The notes: generated by a model from the letters alone, not told the origin. DNA of 64,000 nt from Perkinsus olseni (GCA_013115125.1 JABANN010000045.1:1-64000), one strand, 5' to 3'. Positions 1-12,824 are shown, numbered from the stretch's first letter. Translations and numbers: made by a program.

Positions 1-245
1 CTCAAACACGTAGTATGTGCTGAATTAGACTGATTTTTGTGATTTGCATATCGAATTGGAACACCCTGTATTGTTATTGTTATATGTTTTGCGAGTATCG
101 AAAAATGGATGAGCGAGAGCACTCCAACCACTATCCCCCTGGTCAAGGAAGAAAAACTCAGCGAAGCACGTAGGCCCGCTTGAGATACCTCCTTTCAATT
201 ACAGCACATTTGGCTCAATCCACAGACGATGATAGCAACTCCCAG

Positions 246-1820
246 TTAGCGTTCCTCGAAGCTTAAAAGTTGGCTCACTTCGCGGCCCCCAGCCTTGAGT
301 GCGTCCATAAGCTTTCCACCGGCCTCGAAATCCACTTCTCTGTCGAACAATGACAGCCCACCAGCTCCGCCGACCTGAACCGAGTTCTCATACTGCAATG
401 GCCATGGACAGGTCCATCCACCTGGAGCGGCGGAGGGTCTCCCTCCTCCAGGCGCAGGTCCTCCAATAGAGGCGTTTTCGGCGTTATGTGGCGGTCCAAT
501 AGGTCTAGCCCTCCGTCTGTCCGACCGCACAGGAACATCAAGCGCCCGTACTGGCGAGGCAAGATGGTGCAGCCGATCTTCTGATGGCAACCCCCGCCGT
601 ACCTGCAGTTGTGGGCGGCGTAATCACAGGGAAGCATGAACGACCTACGAGTTCAAAATCTCCTTTTCCTTCCATGCTGCCTCGAAAGTCGTACGGTCAT
701 TCAGAGCCTTCACCAACTGCTAGCAGCACCGTGAGGACGATGGGTTGGTGACAGGTGTGAAGTCAGCGTTACCTTCCTCACATACTCCTTCTCAGGGGCC
801 GTACTGACCTCAACTCCCAAGGCTCCCTGGGCTGCAGCAGTGGGGTTAGCAGAGAGAGGCAACACCATACAGTGGCACTTCGATATGTATCTACATCCAA
901 CGGAATCACGGGCGCTCGACAAGGACTACCCTACCCTTCCACGAGCTCGCGACTGTCTTTGAATTCCTCTCCCGTGCTCCGTATGAACCTGTCTACCGCG
1001 GCCTTCGCCAGGACTAGCCCGTGTGGACGTGCGCCAAGGCTCTCCTCATGCATGCCTGGCTCCATCAACTTCCGCATGCGAGTCTGAATGGTTGAGTTTT
1101 CGAACTACTCTACACGAAACCGACAGCGCCACCTGAATGTTGCCCCGAACGTCGCGGAACAGCACTGACGTAACCCCCGGGACAACGGTCTTGAGGAAGG
1201 GTGTCAAATTGAACTGCCGTCGAGGTGAGGACGACAGCACGGTGAGATGGCCTCCACTTGCCGCTCTGAGAGAACTACAACATCACCGCCCATCCGCCGA
1301 CCGCGCGGAGGCTCACATCTCCTCGACGGCATCGCGACGTATAACGAGCAAGTCCCTTGGATCCGCCCTCGGCAATGTGGCTGCCACCGTCGTACCGGGC
1401 TCCTCCGCCAGAGGAAGATCCTTCCACGAGTGGACCACCAAATCGAAGGAGCCTGTGTAGTGATGAGATTACTCAAGACACCCCACCTCCGCCCGCCCAC
1501 CTTCCAGCAGGCCATCCCTGAGGAAGCTAGTGAACACGCCCGTCTCCGGCATCTTCCAGAGCGGATCTTTCAAGTTCGTATCGCCGGGAGCCTCCTGGTA
1601 GTGACATTCGACCTGACGACCGAAGCAAAAAGCTCTCGTAGACCCGACTCGCTACCGTTAAACTCCCCCAATGATCAACCAGCCCCTCGCACGACAGGCT
1701 GCTCACCTCCACGGCCATCTCTTTCTCCAACAACTCTGCAACCATCAAAGTCTGCAGCCTCGCCAAGTCGCTCCGACGGGAGCCGATGTGAAGTGTTGTC
1801 GGCGCGGATGCCGACGCCAT
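246..1820 (-). CDS. hemC: Porphobilinogen deaminase (hydroxymethylbilane synthase), copy 1; multi-exon, apparently lacking most of the C-terminal HemD-like domain
   Basis: Spliced translation: MASASAPTTLHIGSRRSDLARLQTLMVAE..GDTNLKDPLWKMPETGVFTSFLR..DLVVHSWKDLP..LPRADPRDLL..SSPRRQ..DVRGNIQTRMRKL..PTAAAQGALGVE..YGGGCHQKIG (cofactor Cys). GT-AG introns of ~45-60 bp. The 3' end is uncertain (stop at 246, or at ~199 if a further short exon is used). Confidence 0.9.
769..895. repeat. 127-bp exact repeat (copy A): one hemC exon plus splice-site bases
   Basis: ttaccttcctcacatactcc...cgatatgtatctaca is identical to 5956-6082. Confidence 0.95.
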
Positions 1821-1955
1821 TGATATTAAAAACTTATGAGGCATGCTTTTCTGACCACCTCACGCAACAAGTGACCGGCGTACGGAAACGTACTGTCTAG
1901 ACAATGACTGATGTAATCCGCTTATATCTTGAGTGCTGATCTACCTTGTGAGTGC

Positions 1956-4079
1956 TTATATCTTATCAGACGTCCCCACGTTCTTAATCAGCATGGTGCG
2001 AATCTCGGTCATATCTTCCATAGCATATCGAACGCCCTCGCGACCGATGCCCGAGTCCTTCACCCCGCCGTACCTAACAACGCCGATTTGCCGCACACCG
2101 CAGCGCTCCGAAAACTCACGGCATCGAGTCCACCCTAATACTGGGGACGTCATTGACGACTAGTCCACCTGTTTGAAGGTTGTTCCAGGCGTAGAAAGCC
2201 CTGTTAATGTCGTTGGTGAACAGGCCAACGTGGATGCCGTACCTACACGAGCGACCCCATTCCATCAACAACGCCACTCAGACGTACTTAGAGTCATTAG
2301 CTCGCTCCACAACCTCTTTGAAGTCGCTGAACTTAGCAGCGCAGAGCAGCGGCCCGAAGGCCTCCTCCCGCCAGGCGTCGGTCTGGTCAGGCACGTCAGC
2401 CAGCAGAGTGGGTTCGAACATAGCTCCTCGTCGTCCCCCACCGCAAAGGACTGTACAGCCAGCACCAACAGCGCCTTTGACTGCCGCTTCCAGCCTCGTA
2501 GCCTCCTTTTCTGATATAATCGGCCCTACGAATGTCTGTTCATCCTTCGGGTCGCCCATGCGTAGTGACTTCACTTTCTCGACCAAGGCGTTCACTACCT
2601 AACTCGCAACTAGGCCATCAATAGAGCACCCTCAGTAGGACTTCTCTCACTTCATCATATATGTCCTCCTTAATATAGAGCCTCTGTGTAGATATACAGC
2701 TCTGTCCACTCTGGTAGAAAGCCCCCAAGGTTATCCGATCGACCAGATACTGCAGTCCTTCATGCGGTATCGAGTCCACTATACAAGCGGCATTGCCCCC
2801 CAGCTCCAGGACGACTCCTTTCCTGCCGGCCTGATATCGGAGCGTGCACGCCAAAGGAATCCTATTCACGTGCACTACCCTGGCCTTCATGTCCCACCCA
2901 ACGCTCGGGCTGCCAGTGAAAGACAGCAGCTTGAACCGATCATCAGTCGTCAATGGGTCACCATCTACGAAAAAGCAGAAAACTCCGTAAGAGACATCAC
3001 TCCCGCAGCCCACTTCTACCTTGCCTCGAGCAGGGAATGATAGAGAACGCGCCCTTCGGAAGGTCCGAGCATTCAGCAAGAACCTCTCCTATTATGAGGG
3101 ACCCTAGCGGAGTAGCGCTAGCTGGTTTCAGGACGAAAGGGCATCCGACGGCGATCGCTGGAGCTATCTTGTGTGCGGCCAGGTTGAGAGGGAAGTTGAA
3201 GGGAGCGATCATAGAGACGGCGCCTTTGGGGACTCGCTTATAGAGCTGCTGCAGGCCCCGGTTCCTCTCAGATATTTCCATAGTACTCCACTCGCCGTAC
3301 ATACGCGTCGTCTCTTCCGCAGCGATGACGAAGGTGTCGATAAGACGTAGGACCTGCCCGCCACAGCGTGAACCAATGGTGCCATATTTCATGAAGCCAG
3401 TAAGACACGGAAAATACTAGAGACTCACAAACACGCTCTCCCCTAGCCGGAGGCAGCACTTATAATCGCCAGGCTAGCGCTCTGCCACCATCGACCAGAG
3501 CTTTCTATCATTCCCCAACGAGTTAATCAGTCGACCGGCGAGTTCTACCGTCGTGCACACTCGTGGCACGACTAGGCCCATCCTTCCCTGCCAGCCTACC
3601 TCAAGCCTAGAGTCCGCTATGGGCTTGCCAGCTTCGACACAAAGGCAGTAGGCCAGCTCCTCAGCTCTAGTCCGGAACCTGCTTCCGCAGCCCAGCTACC
3701 CAGGCCATACTCATGTTCAGCCCACCCACCTTTCAACGCAGTACTGTAAGACTTTCTTGCGCTGGAACGCAGGCATGGAGGCCATCGCCTTCTCACTACT
3801 GTAAGCGGCCGCAATGGCCTTCTCTACGTCTGCCGGGCTGGCCATGGCGACTCGGCACACGACATCACCGCTGTACTTGTCAGTAACCTCGAGATCTTTA
3901 TTAGAGTATCTAAGGGCAGCTCATCTGGTAGGCCACATTCGGGCCCCCGACTACTACACCGCCTCTCCAGCAAGGTAATACGGCCAAGCTGGAGCGATCG
4001 TCCTCGAGTAGGAGCTGAACGAGCGACCAGCGAACCATCGGGACAGCTGTACTAACGAGACTGGTGCAGCCCTTTGCAT
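1956..4079 (-). CDS. Aldehyde dehydrogenase (ALDH21/RNP123-like), multi-exon, with putative mitochondrial presequence
   Basis: ATG at 4079 gives [59 protein letters not shown] motifs present: [51 protein letters not shown] (catalytic Cys), [19 protein letters not shown]. Stop at 1956. Confidence 0.9.
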
Positions 4080-4341
4080 CGGGGCGAACGAAGACAACTG
4101 ACTGAGGACCGGAACTTCGCGCCCCTCCGTCGTTCGGATAATGACGATATGGTTTCAGTCCACAATCCACCAGGCTATGGCTGCAAGAGCTGCCCTAACA
4201 ACGCAAGTATGGTGAAAAGCACTCCAGAGAAAACACCTTAGAGTCGTACAACAGCGAAGGAACTCTAGGAATAAATGGAAACAATAAATCCGCTGTATGC
4301 GGTAACTTGAGCTTTATGCTCATTGCACTATCCTCTTCGCT

Positions 4342-7105
4342 TTACTCGCGTCGGATACGCCTCTCAAGCTCCTCGTAGTTGAGACAAACAACAATACGAT
4401 CCTTGGGGACGCCAGCGGCTAGCAGTGTCTCCAGTGTGTGGCCAGGCCCAGTGCCATGGACAGTAACCTGAACATGCTTATAACGGCCGTACTAACGGTA
4501 GCAAACATGGGCCCCTTACCTTGCCAAGAAGCTCGGGTAGCAACCGCCGGGCTTCGGTGAACGCTGAGCCGCTGCCCCAGAAGATATGACTGGCCGACTT
4601 CAACTCTTCGGGGCAGGTATCGGATTGATATTTCGGGATCAACGTGTAGGTGCCAAGCTGCTCAACCTACAAAGCATAGCTCAGTACGGCGTTACCATAT
4701 CGTGTACGAGAACAACGGAGTAACGCTTCCTGACCCTACGCCCGATCCCCAGCCTTCCCTACTTCGCAGTCCGGTGCCGTCTGGAAGCCACCGGCCCGTT
4801 GCTCCTCAGCCGCCTCGATATGAGTAACCTTGATCCACTTCCGCAGGGACGGAGCGATGCTCTTCTTCAGATCAGGATTTTCACTCTCACCCAGATTGTC
4901 TGTGCACCCTGAAGAGCAGTCACACTCCCTACGCAGCATCGACAGTATTCAGCCTTACCAGTGCACCAGAGGCCCCTCCCCGCCAGTCGGTGCCAAGAAA
5001 CGATGCCCGCAACCCAGACGGGGATGTCCATCGCATTGATAGTCTGTACCAGGTCCGCAGGGGAACTCGGTAACGCAGATGATTTGGCTACCCACAGACC
5101 AACCTGATCAACAATAAACCTACGGGTAGACAAAGATCGCGTTCTGATAAGGGCGCTGAGTGTCGCGGATAACTAACAAGTCACGTGGCGCTTACTCCGT
5201 CTCCAGCGGCTCTGAGGGCCTCCAGCAGAGTTTCGCCAGCATTAGGATCCATTTCTCGAGTGAACAGAGACAGTCCTCCGGCCCCGCCAACCTGAAGTAG
5301 AATTCAATTCACCCACACCCTAGCCATGCACCGCTAGATAATGACTGTAAACTACAGTCGTGTACGGCTGCCCCCTATATTATAGTTTGTAATATAGCGG
5401 CCAGTCGAGCACGAATCCTGTCATTCAAACCATGCGCTCGGAAAACCGCAAGAGAATAAGCACTCGGAAACCGTGTAGCTGAAAGCTCTCTCTTCTCGGC
5501 TTTCCGGTGGAGCCTCCAGGGATGCCAAGAGCAGCTATAAGACCGCATTCCCATCGATACTACCTTCAAGGGATGCTGATCGCGGTCTATTCGGAAGGCG
5601 TCTCCGATGGAGCTGGTGGGGAAGATTTCACCTCTTAGAAGGTCTACTCCTGCGTCCGTCCGCCCTCTCAAGTGCTCTACCTTACCATACGGCCGCGGTA
5701 GAACGGTGCAACCGATTCTCTGATGGCAGCCCCCGCCGTATCTGTGCCGAACGACACGGATGGGACACAGCGGATGACCCGCTGGACGGAGACTTACGCG
5801 CCGAGGACCTCCTTCTCCCTCCAGGCAGCTTCGAATGTGGTCTGGTCGTTGAGTTTGGATACGATCTGCAGCAGAACACCAAAAATAGCACTTCATTGCA
5901 AACAGTTTCCAACCCTCCCGAGACGCTAGTTGCATGCCCGCCCGTACTGGTATCATTACCTTCCTCACATACTCCTTCTCAGGGGCCGTACTGACCTCAA
6001 CTCCCAAGGCTCCCTGGGCTGCAGCAGTGGGGTTAGCAGAGAGAGGCAACACCATACAGTGGCACTTCGATATGTATCTACACGGCGTTATTCAGTAAGG
6101 CGAGCATCTCGAAAAATAAGAACTCGGAGAAACATGAAACAAGGATCGTGCAAAACTCAATGTCCGCGCTGGTATCGAGGCATCAACCCAAAATGGCGGT
6201 ATTACCCTTGAACCAGCTCTCGGCTCTCTCGGAACTCCTCTTGATGGCTCTGTACAAACCGATCTACCGCTGCCTTGGCAAGGACCAATGCGTGAGGGCG
6301 AGGGCCGAGGCTCGCATCATGACGAGCCGGGTCCATCAGCTTGCGCATGCGTGTCTGAGAAGACGATGGGCTGTGAAGCTAAGACGAAGCCAAGCGCGAA
6401 ACAAATACCTGAATGTTCCCACGGACGTCTCGGAACTGAACAGTCTGGACACCGGGGACCGCCTTCTCGAGGAAGGCTGGAAGATTCCACTGCCTTCGTG
6501 GAGATGACGACAAAACGATCAGCTTGCCGTTCATCGACCGACTGATAGCACGAGATCACCGTGACCGTTAGCGTCGGCACGATGGTGTTACATTTCCTCC
6601 TCAGCGTCCTTGCGGATGATGATGAGATCCCGAGGATCAGCTCGGGGCAAGGTGGCTGCCACGGTGGTACCAGCCTCCTCGGCCAAGGGTAGATCCTTCC
6701 ATGAGTGGACCACCAGGTCGACAGTCCCTGCGCGACGACCGAGTCAAGGAACTCACAGAAATGGAGCCGAACCAGTGGTTTTGAGATGCGAGAGTCGAAA
6801 CAGAAAAGAAGGCTGTATCGCAGTGATCTACGATAGGCCTACCGTCCAAGAGCTTCTGTCTGAGGAATGTAGTGAAAACTCCGGTCTCGGGCATTTTCCA
6901 TAGGGGGTCCTTCAGGTTAGTATCCCCAGGGGCCTCTTGGTACTCACATTCAACCTACCATCATGGTATTGATGATCCCTATTCCGCTTGCCACTACCTT
7001 GTAACCCATTTCTCGGAGGCGATCCGCGACCATTAGGGTCTGTAGACGGGCGAGGTCGCTCCTTCTGGAACCGATACGAAGCACCGGGGTGGAGTCTTGT
7101 GACAT
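4342..7105 (-). CDS. hemC: Porphobilinogen deaminase with fused C-terminal uroporphyrinogen-III-synthase-like domain (HemCD-type), copy 2; multi-exon
   Basis: ATG at 7105: MSQDSTPVLRIGSRRSDLARLQTLMV..MPETGVFTTFLRQKLLDG..VDLVVHSWKDLP..SSPRRQW..DVRGNIQ..QGALGVE..YGGGCHQRIG. Extension follows: VGLWVAKSSALP..VWVAGIVSWHRLAGRGLWCTG..DNLGESE..IFWGSGSAF..HGTGPGHT..NYEELERRIRRE* (TAA 4344-4342). It resembles the C-terminal domain of bifunctional HemCD proteins as known from Leptospira. Confidence 0.88.
5956..6082. repeat. 127-bp exact repeat (copy B)
   Basis: Identical to 769-895. Confidence 0.95.
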
Positions 7106-8110
7106 GATCGAATTGGAGAGAGAAACTTAACACTTGACGGACTTGATAGCACGAAGGAGAGGGCGAGCTCAGTTCTCCGTTCGCTAAAGGCCCTCCCATC
7201 TGCTATGGACACGACGAGGAAACTTACAATAGCATTTTGGAGCGAATACAGTGGAGCTTGTCAAAGAGGAAGAGTTGTCATCTATAGGCCCTGGGTTCAA
7301 ACCTGACATCTGTTGTTTTATTGAAAAATCAATGCATTTTCCTGCGCACCAGTCATCCCGCCACGAATAGTCAGCACAATTGCCAGTCGAGTGTCACTCT
7401 CGCCGACTAGCAGATACAGCAAACACGTTCAAGTGCTTAATGGTTTTTCTCAGATTCTGTCGGTCAGTTTTTTTTTCGACTTTCGTGCGTTATGCCAGTT
7501 TATTCGGCAACAGAGCAGCTTCCAGGTCCTCTGAGCCCGAACGGTATCTTCAAGAGTGGATTAGTCTTGATGCATGTACTGTTCGGGATTCGATTAGGAA
7601 TGGATGTCTTCAGCTCAACGGGGGAAAATTGGCGGGAGCAGAATCCGTAGCGGGTGCCATGTGGATCCGATACGAGTCTGGTGAAGATGCTCCATTCGTG
7701 AGGTTTTCTTGTTCTTCAGAGGATTCGAGAATCTCGAAAGCACCCCTTGCTGTGTCTAACATTGGCGGGGTCCGTTTGGGCGCTGTGGCTGCATGAAGCT
7801 CTCGACGCTGATCTGATTCCCTCGCCAAATGCATGGACCACAACGCAGGAGTGTATGGAGTGCATCCGTGGCCAAATCGACAGCGTAGGCAGCTTCTGCT
7901 TCCCTCCTGTTAAAGTTGGAAGGAAACTCGTTGGCAGGTCGATGATCTACAGCGTGCTGCTATGTCGGGTTTTCGAGCGCTCTTTATTTCCAACGGAGCA
8001 TTGTCTTTCGTACAAGCCGTAATGTTGACACTCATGCTCGAGATAATAGGATACACTTGGGAGCTGCGTGTAGGTGAGATCCAGCAGCTGGAAGTGCGAA
8101 TGTTTTAATT

Positions 8111-10976
8111 ATGAATCTCTACCATACAGGAACTGTCCGTGCTACTCTCTCGGCCGTAGTAGTAGCAGCTACCGGTTTTGCCTTGATGCATGTGATGGAC
8201 CTGAATGATATCAGTACTTGCAAGGAGCCGCTACGATATGGCAGAGTTGAAGGCAGCCTGCCATTGGCTGTTGCACGTACGTTGGGCTATGGGACTTGCT
8301 AGTGGGGCAATAACGGTCAATGTCAAAGATGTGGATAGTGTGATGCACTCAGTTACAGTGCTGCTTGCTTCGGAGCATATTCGGATATCTTCCGATATGC
8401 TACCTCGCGAGCTCCGACTGGGATTCAGGGTTGCGCCCGAATGGCATTGTTGGCTGCTCTTCATAGTGTAAGTGGGACGACCCGGCTTCGTCCACTTTAC
8501 GAGGGGTGGATTACTCGTGTGCACTCATAGAGCTCGCGCTGGCGTGGTATTGAACAATACTGTTGGAGGCATATCATTCGGCTGATCACAGTTCTTCGAC
8601 TGGTAGGGCAACATGGCAGCTCTCGACGGTCTCACTGGTGCGGATATACACCCCATGGATAGTGGCGGGTCAGCTACTCGGTCTCTGTGACCTGTCTAGA
8701 CTGAAGGCCTTCTTCGGGAAGCTTCGCGACCCCAAGGTCAGCCCGTTCGCTACCATTGAGTAGCCCTCGTTGAGGAAGAGAAAGATCTAACGTTCTCCTT
8801 GGTAGATACGACAGTTGCTGAAGCACATCGCAGTGCTCGCTGTGGCGATCGGCTACTGCCCCTTCACCTTCGTAGCTTGGCCAGCATTCGATGATGTGAG
8901 CGAATCATATCTTGGCATCGAGTGGCTTAGATGCGCTTATCCTTAGGCTCTTCCACCGGCCCTTCGAATGACGATATGGCAGGGTTCAGAGCAGCTGTTG
9001 GGAGGAGAAGATCTCCTAGGCCCACTCATTTTCAAAACCATTGTTCTCGGATCGCTAGCAGTACTGATGTCCGGCAGAACAGGTAACGATGCCCGGAGGG
9101 TTAATCTCGACAGCCAGCTTTGTTTGAGGTCCGCGGTTCCGTATTGTCCATCTTCAGACCTATTCTACTACATCGGGGGGATCTGCGTTTTGGTGCTGAC
9201 GTTTTACGTGATGAACTCGCCAGTCTTCGTCTTCCCTCATCTAGGATTGGTAAGCATTCCGTGGCGGGAGGTACCCCTAGTCGTACAGCAACCATCGTCT
9301 GACAGGTCCTGTTGGTACTTGAATGTTACAGCGCCCTCACCACAAACAGACTGTAGACCTTCCGAGTACCATTCCTCATACACTTCTTTTGCGATCTCGC
9401 GATGCACCTTGTCGATTGCTGCCGCCTGCTTCCATATCGAGGATAGCGTAGAGTCTATTCAAGGTTGTCTGGATGGGTGACCCATCATGGGTCGTTGTAG
9501 TTGTCCTAGTCCGAAGCACGGGCACAATTCTGTGCATGCGTGCAGATGCGGCCTCCAAAGCATGAGCGGAATGAAGCTCTTGTGCATGCGCTGCGGGGTT
9601 CTCGGTTCGAATAGGGTAACCAGCTGAACCTTTCAGCGAGGGTTCCCTGTCTCATACCGGCAGGCTCGGGACCACTCGAACCTCCAACGTTCCATCAGCT
9701 GGTGCCCATGCGTGCAAGGTTTTGGCTACGCTGCGCGCGGGGTGCTTCTGTATTTTTGCCCCCCCCCCTTCACGCTGTTCGCTATCAATGGCATGTTGGG
9801 TAGTTACTCTTGTGCACTCTCGGGCTTCCTTGCTTTTCTATGCCTGGCAGCCGATCCCTTTCTGTGTCTCTGTCGATATGATTTCCTGCTTTCAGTCGGT
9901 CCTCTCTCCAGTTCAGATCGCCGAGGCTTCACCAGTCGAGTATCGGCACTCGATGGCTTCGACGTACTCTGTTCGCTCCAGGGGGACTCCGCTTGAGGGA
10001 GTCGGGAGAGCTTGAGAGAGGGCCTCATAGCTGAGGCCATGAGAGCGAAGCAAGGGCAAAGGGTGAAGGATCAGACCGAGCCCCTCTGTGGATCTGAGCT
10101 ACAGTTCTTCGTTAATCTGATATGCGAAGTTTCGCCCCAACTGCCAGGCATGCCCACGATAGTCATGCATCTTACAAGAATGTTCCCGGAAGCCGGTATA
10201 TGAAGCCAGGTGTCTCCTCATCTCCTCTGTCTCCTGAACACCCATGGCCACCAAAGTGGTAGGTGTGGGCTGCTGCGTGTGCATGCTCTTAGGCAAGGTA
10301 GGCAGACGGACGGCTCCCTAAGCCTGGATGCTGGGGTTGGACGTTTGTTCAAATGCTGCTGGTCTTGACAGCATCAGTCCCTATGCGGTAGGTTCAGATT
10401 GTTATTTTCAAAGTGAAGAGTAAACCTCCTTGTCAAGGAGTGATGCCGTATTGTCAAGGAGTCCTTGAGCAAGCATCATCGAGTGAGACGGTGGGCGGCC
10501 CCATCTCCTATAAGATCAGACTAGCGGTTGCTCGACGAATTTAAAAGGTCTTTCCTTGTGTGCTCCGGAGTCAGTCATCATGCACTTCCGGTTGTGATGG
10601 CAACATGTTAATTTCCATCCAATTGGCCTTTTGTGTCACTCGCCTTCCCCGATTGTCTCCTTCTCGGAGGCTGTAGTTCCCAGGACTACCACAATGTGCT
10701 GTCCATAGGCTCAGCTCGCGGGTTTTCCTACCATAGTTGACATTCCTTGGTATTGCTGCGGTATATTGGTCGCTATGGTTCACTCTACTGTTCGTATGGG
10801 CCCCATTCAACCGAATGCGAGAAAACGGGGATGTGCATGCGTGCATAGCTAAAATTCGCGCCCCCCCCCGCGGCCTTGGGGCCCCTCGTGGCCGTGCCTC
10901 CTGTGAACTTCGGTCAAGCGCGTACCGTCCTGGGAATGAGTCCTTGAGAGCGTACCCTTTCGCAGCACCTCAATAG
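8111..10976 (+). CDS. Hypothetical multi-exon membrane protein (boundaries uncertain; may be more than one gene)
   Basis: Series of short hydrophobic + strand coding blocks separated by GT..AG segments (ATLSAVVVAATGFALMH; IAVLAVAIGYCPFTFVAW; LFYYIGGICVLVLTFYV; FLGIAAVYWSLWFTLLFVW). No family recognised. Confidence 0.4.
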
Positions 10977-11255
10977 TACCGTATCGTTCGTATCTTTGGG
11001 GACAAGGATTCCGTATGCTTAAGAAGATATCTCCAACGCTTGGCATAGCTTGTGTTCTCTGTCTCTCTAGCAATGTCTGGAGGGATTCTATCATTGAGCA
11101 ATCATTGTTTATGTGTGAGAAGGGATCATGTGATAGAATAAATCATGTTGTTGGTGTGAGGTTTTGAGGGGCCTGATCGGCGGACTGGGGCACGAGAAGG
11201 ACGAAGACGATGAATCATGTTTGACTGTGTTAGTTACTTTGTATTTATTTCACGA

Positions 11256-12824
11256 ATGAAGTACGTCTGTGCTTTCCTTTCCATTGGCGCAGTGCTGTTG
11301 GGACCGCTGATGTTCGGTCTCACAACTGGTTTCACCGGTCAGACCATCGATACTATGGCCAACACGGTCGCTACCGCTGATGGCACTCCTATTCAGATCG
11401 GTGACTATGACCATTTGTGGGTATTGCATGGCTCAAGCGAGTCTTCCTTGTTCGGTTCCCTTATGAACATCGGTGCCATGATTGGCGCTTTCATCGGTGG
11501 TCCTCTCATTGATGCGTTTGGTAGAAAGTGGACGCTTGTTGGATGCTCTCCCTGCTTCGTTCTCCTTTATCTGTGGCAGGCTTTGGCCCACACCTCGTGG
11601 CAGTTGCTGTTAGAGCGTATTCTTGTTGGTATTATTGTCGGTATCGAGTCCGTGGCTGCCCCTACCTACATTGGTGAGGCTTCTCCCACTAAGATCCGTG
11701 GTATGTTCGGTGCTGCTAACCAGTTGGCTGTTACTATTGGTGATCTTATTGCCTATGCTTTGGGCCTGGGTTTCAGGACTCAGGCTAACTCTGTGGACCC
11801 CAACGCCACCAGCCAGACTTTCTGCAACTGGCGTGATGTAAGTTGGATCTACCTCATCCCGTCTGGGCTGTTGGGAATTCTCGTTTTCCTTGTTCCCGAG
11901 TCGCCTCGTTGGCTCGCTGAGCATCGTGGGTTGGATGCGGCCAAGAAGGTGCTGTTGAGACTCCACGGTACTGATGAAAATGACCCAGATGTCGTCGACG
12001 AGCTGAAGGCATACGAGGTGACGGTTGAGGCTCAGAAGGCCAAGGCTGGTATATCTAGGAAGCAGCGTTTCCACGATGCGGTGTCCGGCCTCCGTAAGTA
12101 CTGGATCCAGGTGGTCATCGGTGTGGTGCTGCAGATCTGTCAGCAGCTGTCTGGTATTAACGCAGTCATTTTCTACCAGACTACTATCTTCCAAGCTGCT
12201 GGTATTACAAACAACCAGATGATGGCCCTTGTTACTATGATCATTCAAGTTGTCGTCACCTTCATCTCCTGCTGTATTATGGATCTCGCTGGTAGGAGAT
12301 TCTTGCTCGTCTTCGCCGCTTCGGGTATGTGCATATCTGCATGGATGTTGGGTCTCTTCTTCTACCTCCAGAATGTCACCGGATTGACCAACGTTGGCTG
12401 GTTGGCTCTGGCTTCGGCTTACTGCTACATTGCCTTCTTCTCTATCGGTGTCGGTCCGATTCCGTGGCTTATTATGTCCGAGATTTTCCCCAACGATGTC
12501 AGAGGCAACGCTGCTGCCATCGCTACTGCTGTCAACTGGCTCTTCGCATTCATCGTTACCATGTGCTTGGATGCTTACAGGAAGGCCATCACCTACCAGG
12601 GTGTCTTCTGGAGTTTCGGCTTCATCTGCTTGGTGATGGTATTCTTCGTTCTCTTCTTCATCCCCGAGACTAAGGGTAAATCCTTCGAGGCGATTGAGGC
12701 CGAGTTCGATAGGAAGTATCACAGGAAGCATGCTGCCAAGAACGAGAAGAGTCCTGTTCAGAATGACTCTATGGGCAAAGCGGGAGAGACCCCCTCGAGC
12801 CCTACCACTTCCGAGGCGGTATAA
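11256..12824 (+). CDS. MFS sugar porter (hexose transporter), copy 1, intronless
   Basis: 12-TM ORF with DAFGRK, YIGEASPTKIRG, PESPRWL, QQLSGINAVIFY, DLAGRR, GVGPIPWLIMSEIFP and PETKG motifs. Start placed at MKYVCA by comparison with paralogs. Confidence 0.97.
   Translation: MKYVCAFLSIGAVLLGPLMFGLTTGFTGQTIDTMANTVATADGTPIQIGDYDHLWVLHGSSESSLFGSLMNIGAMIGAFIGGPLIDAFGRKWTLVGCSPCFVLLYLWQALAHTSWQLLLERILVGIIVGIESVAAPTYIGEASPTKIRGMFGAANQLAVTIGDLIAYALGLGFRTQANSVDPNATSQTFCNWRDVSWIYLIPSGLLGILVFLVPESPRWLAEHRGLDAAKKVLLRLHGTDENDPDVVDELKAYEVTVEAQKAKAGISRKQRFHDAVSGLRKYWIQVVIGVVLQICQQLSGINAVIFYQTTIFQAAGITNNQMMALVTMIIQVVVTFISCCIMDLAGRRFLLVFAASGMCISAWMLGLFFYLQNVTGLTNVGWLALASAYCYIAFFSIGVGPIPWLIMSEIFPNDVRGNAAAIATAVNWLFAFIVTMCLDAYRKAITYQGVFWSFGFICLVMVFFVLFFIPETKGKSFEAIEAEFDRKYHRKHAAKNEKSPVQNDSMGKAGETPSSPTTSEAV

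Noticed and set aside
1247-1900. + strand ORFs over hemC (and 40985-41641, 49835-50437 over other genes)
   Set aside because: Antisense to well-supported minus-strand genes.
11610-12731. Long antisense ORFs over the transporter genes (also 13966-14682, 17834-18214, 18380-18805)
   Set aside because: Shadow ORFs caused by codon bias of the sense genes; they recur at equivalent positions in paralogs and have no protein motifs.
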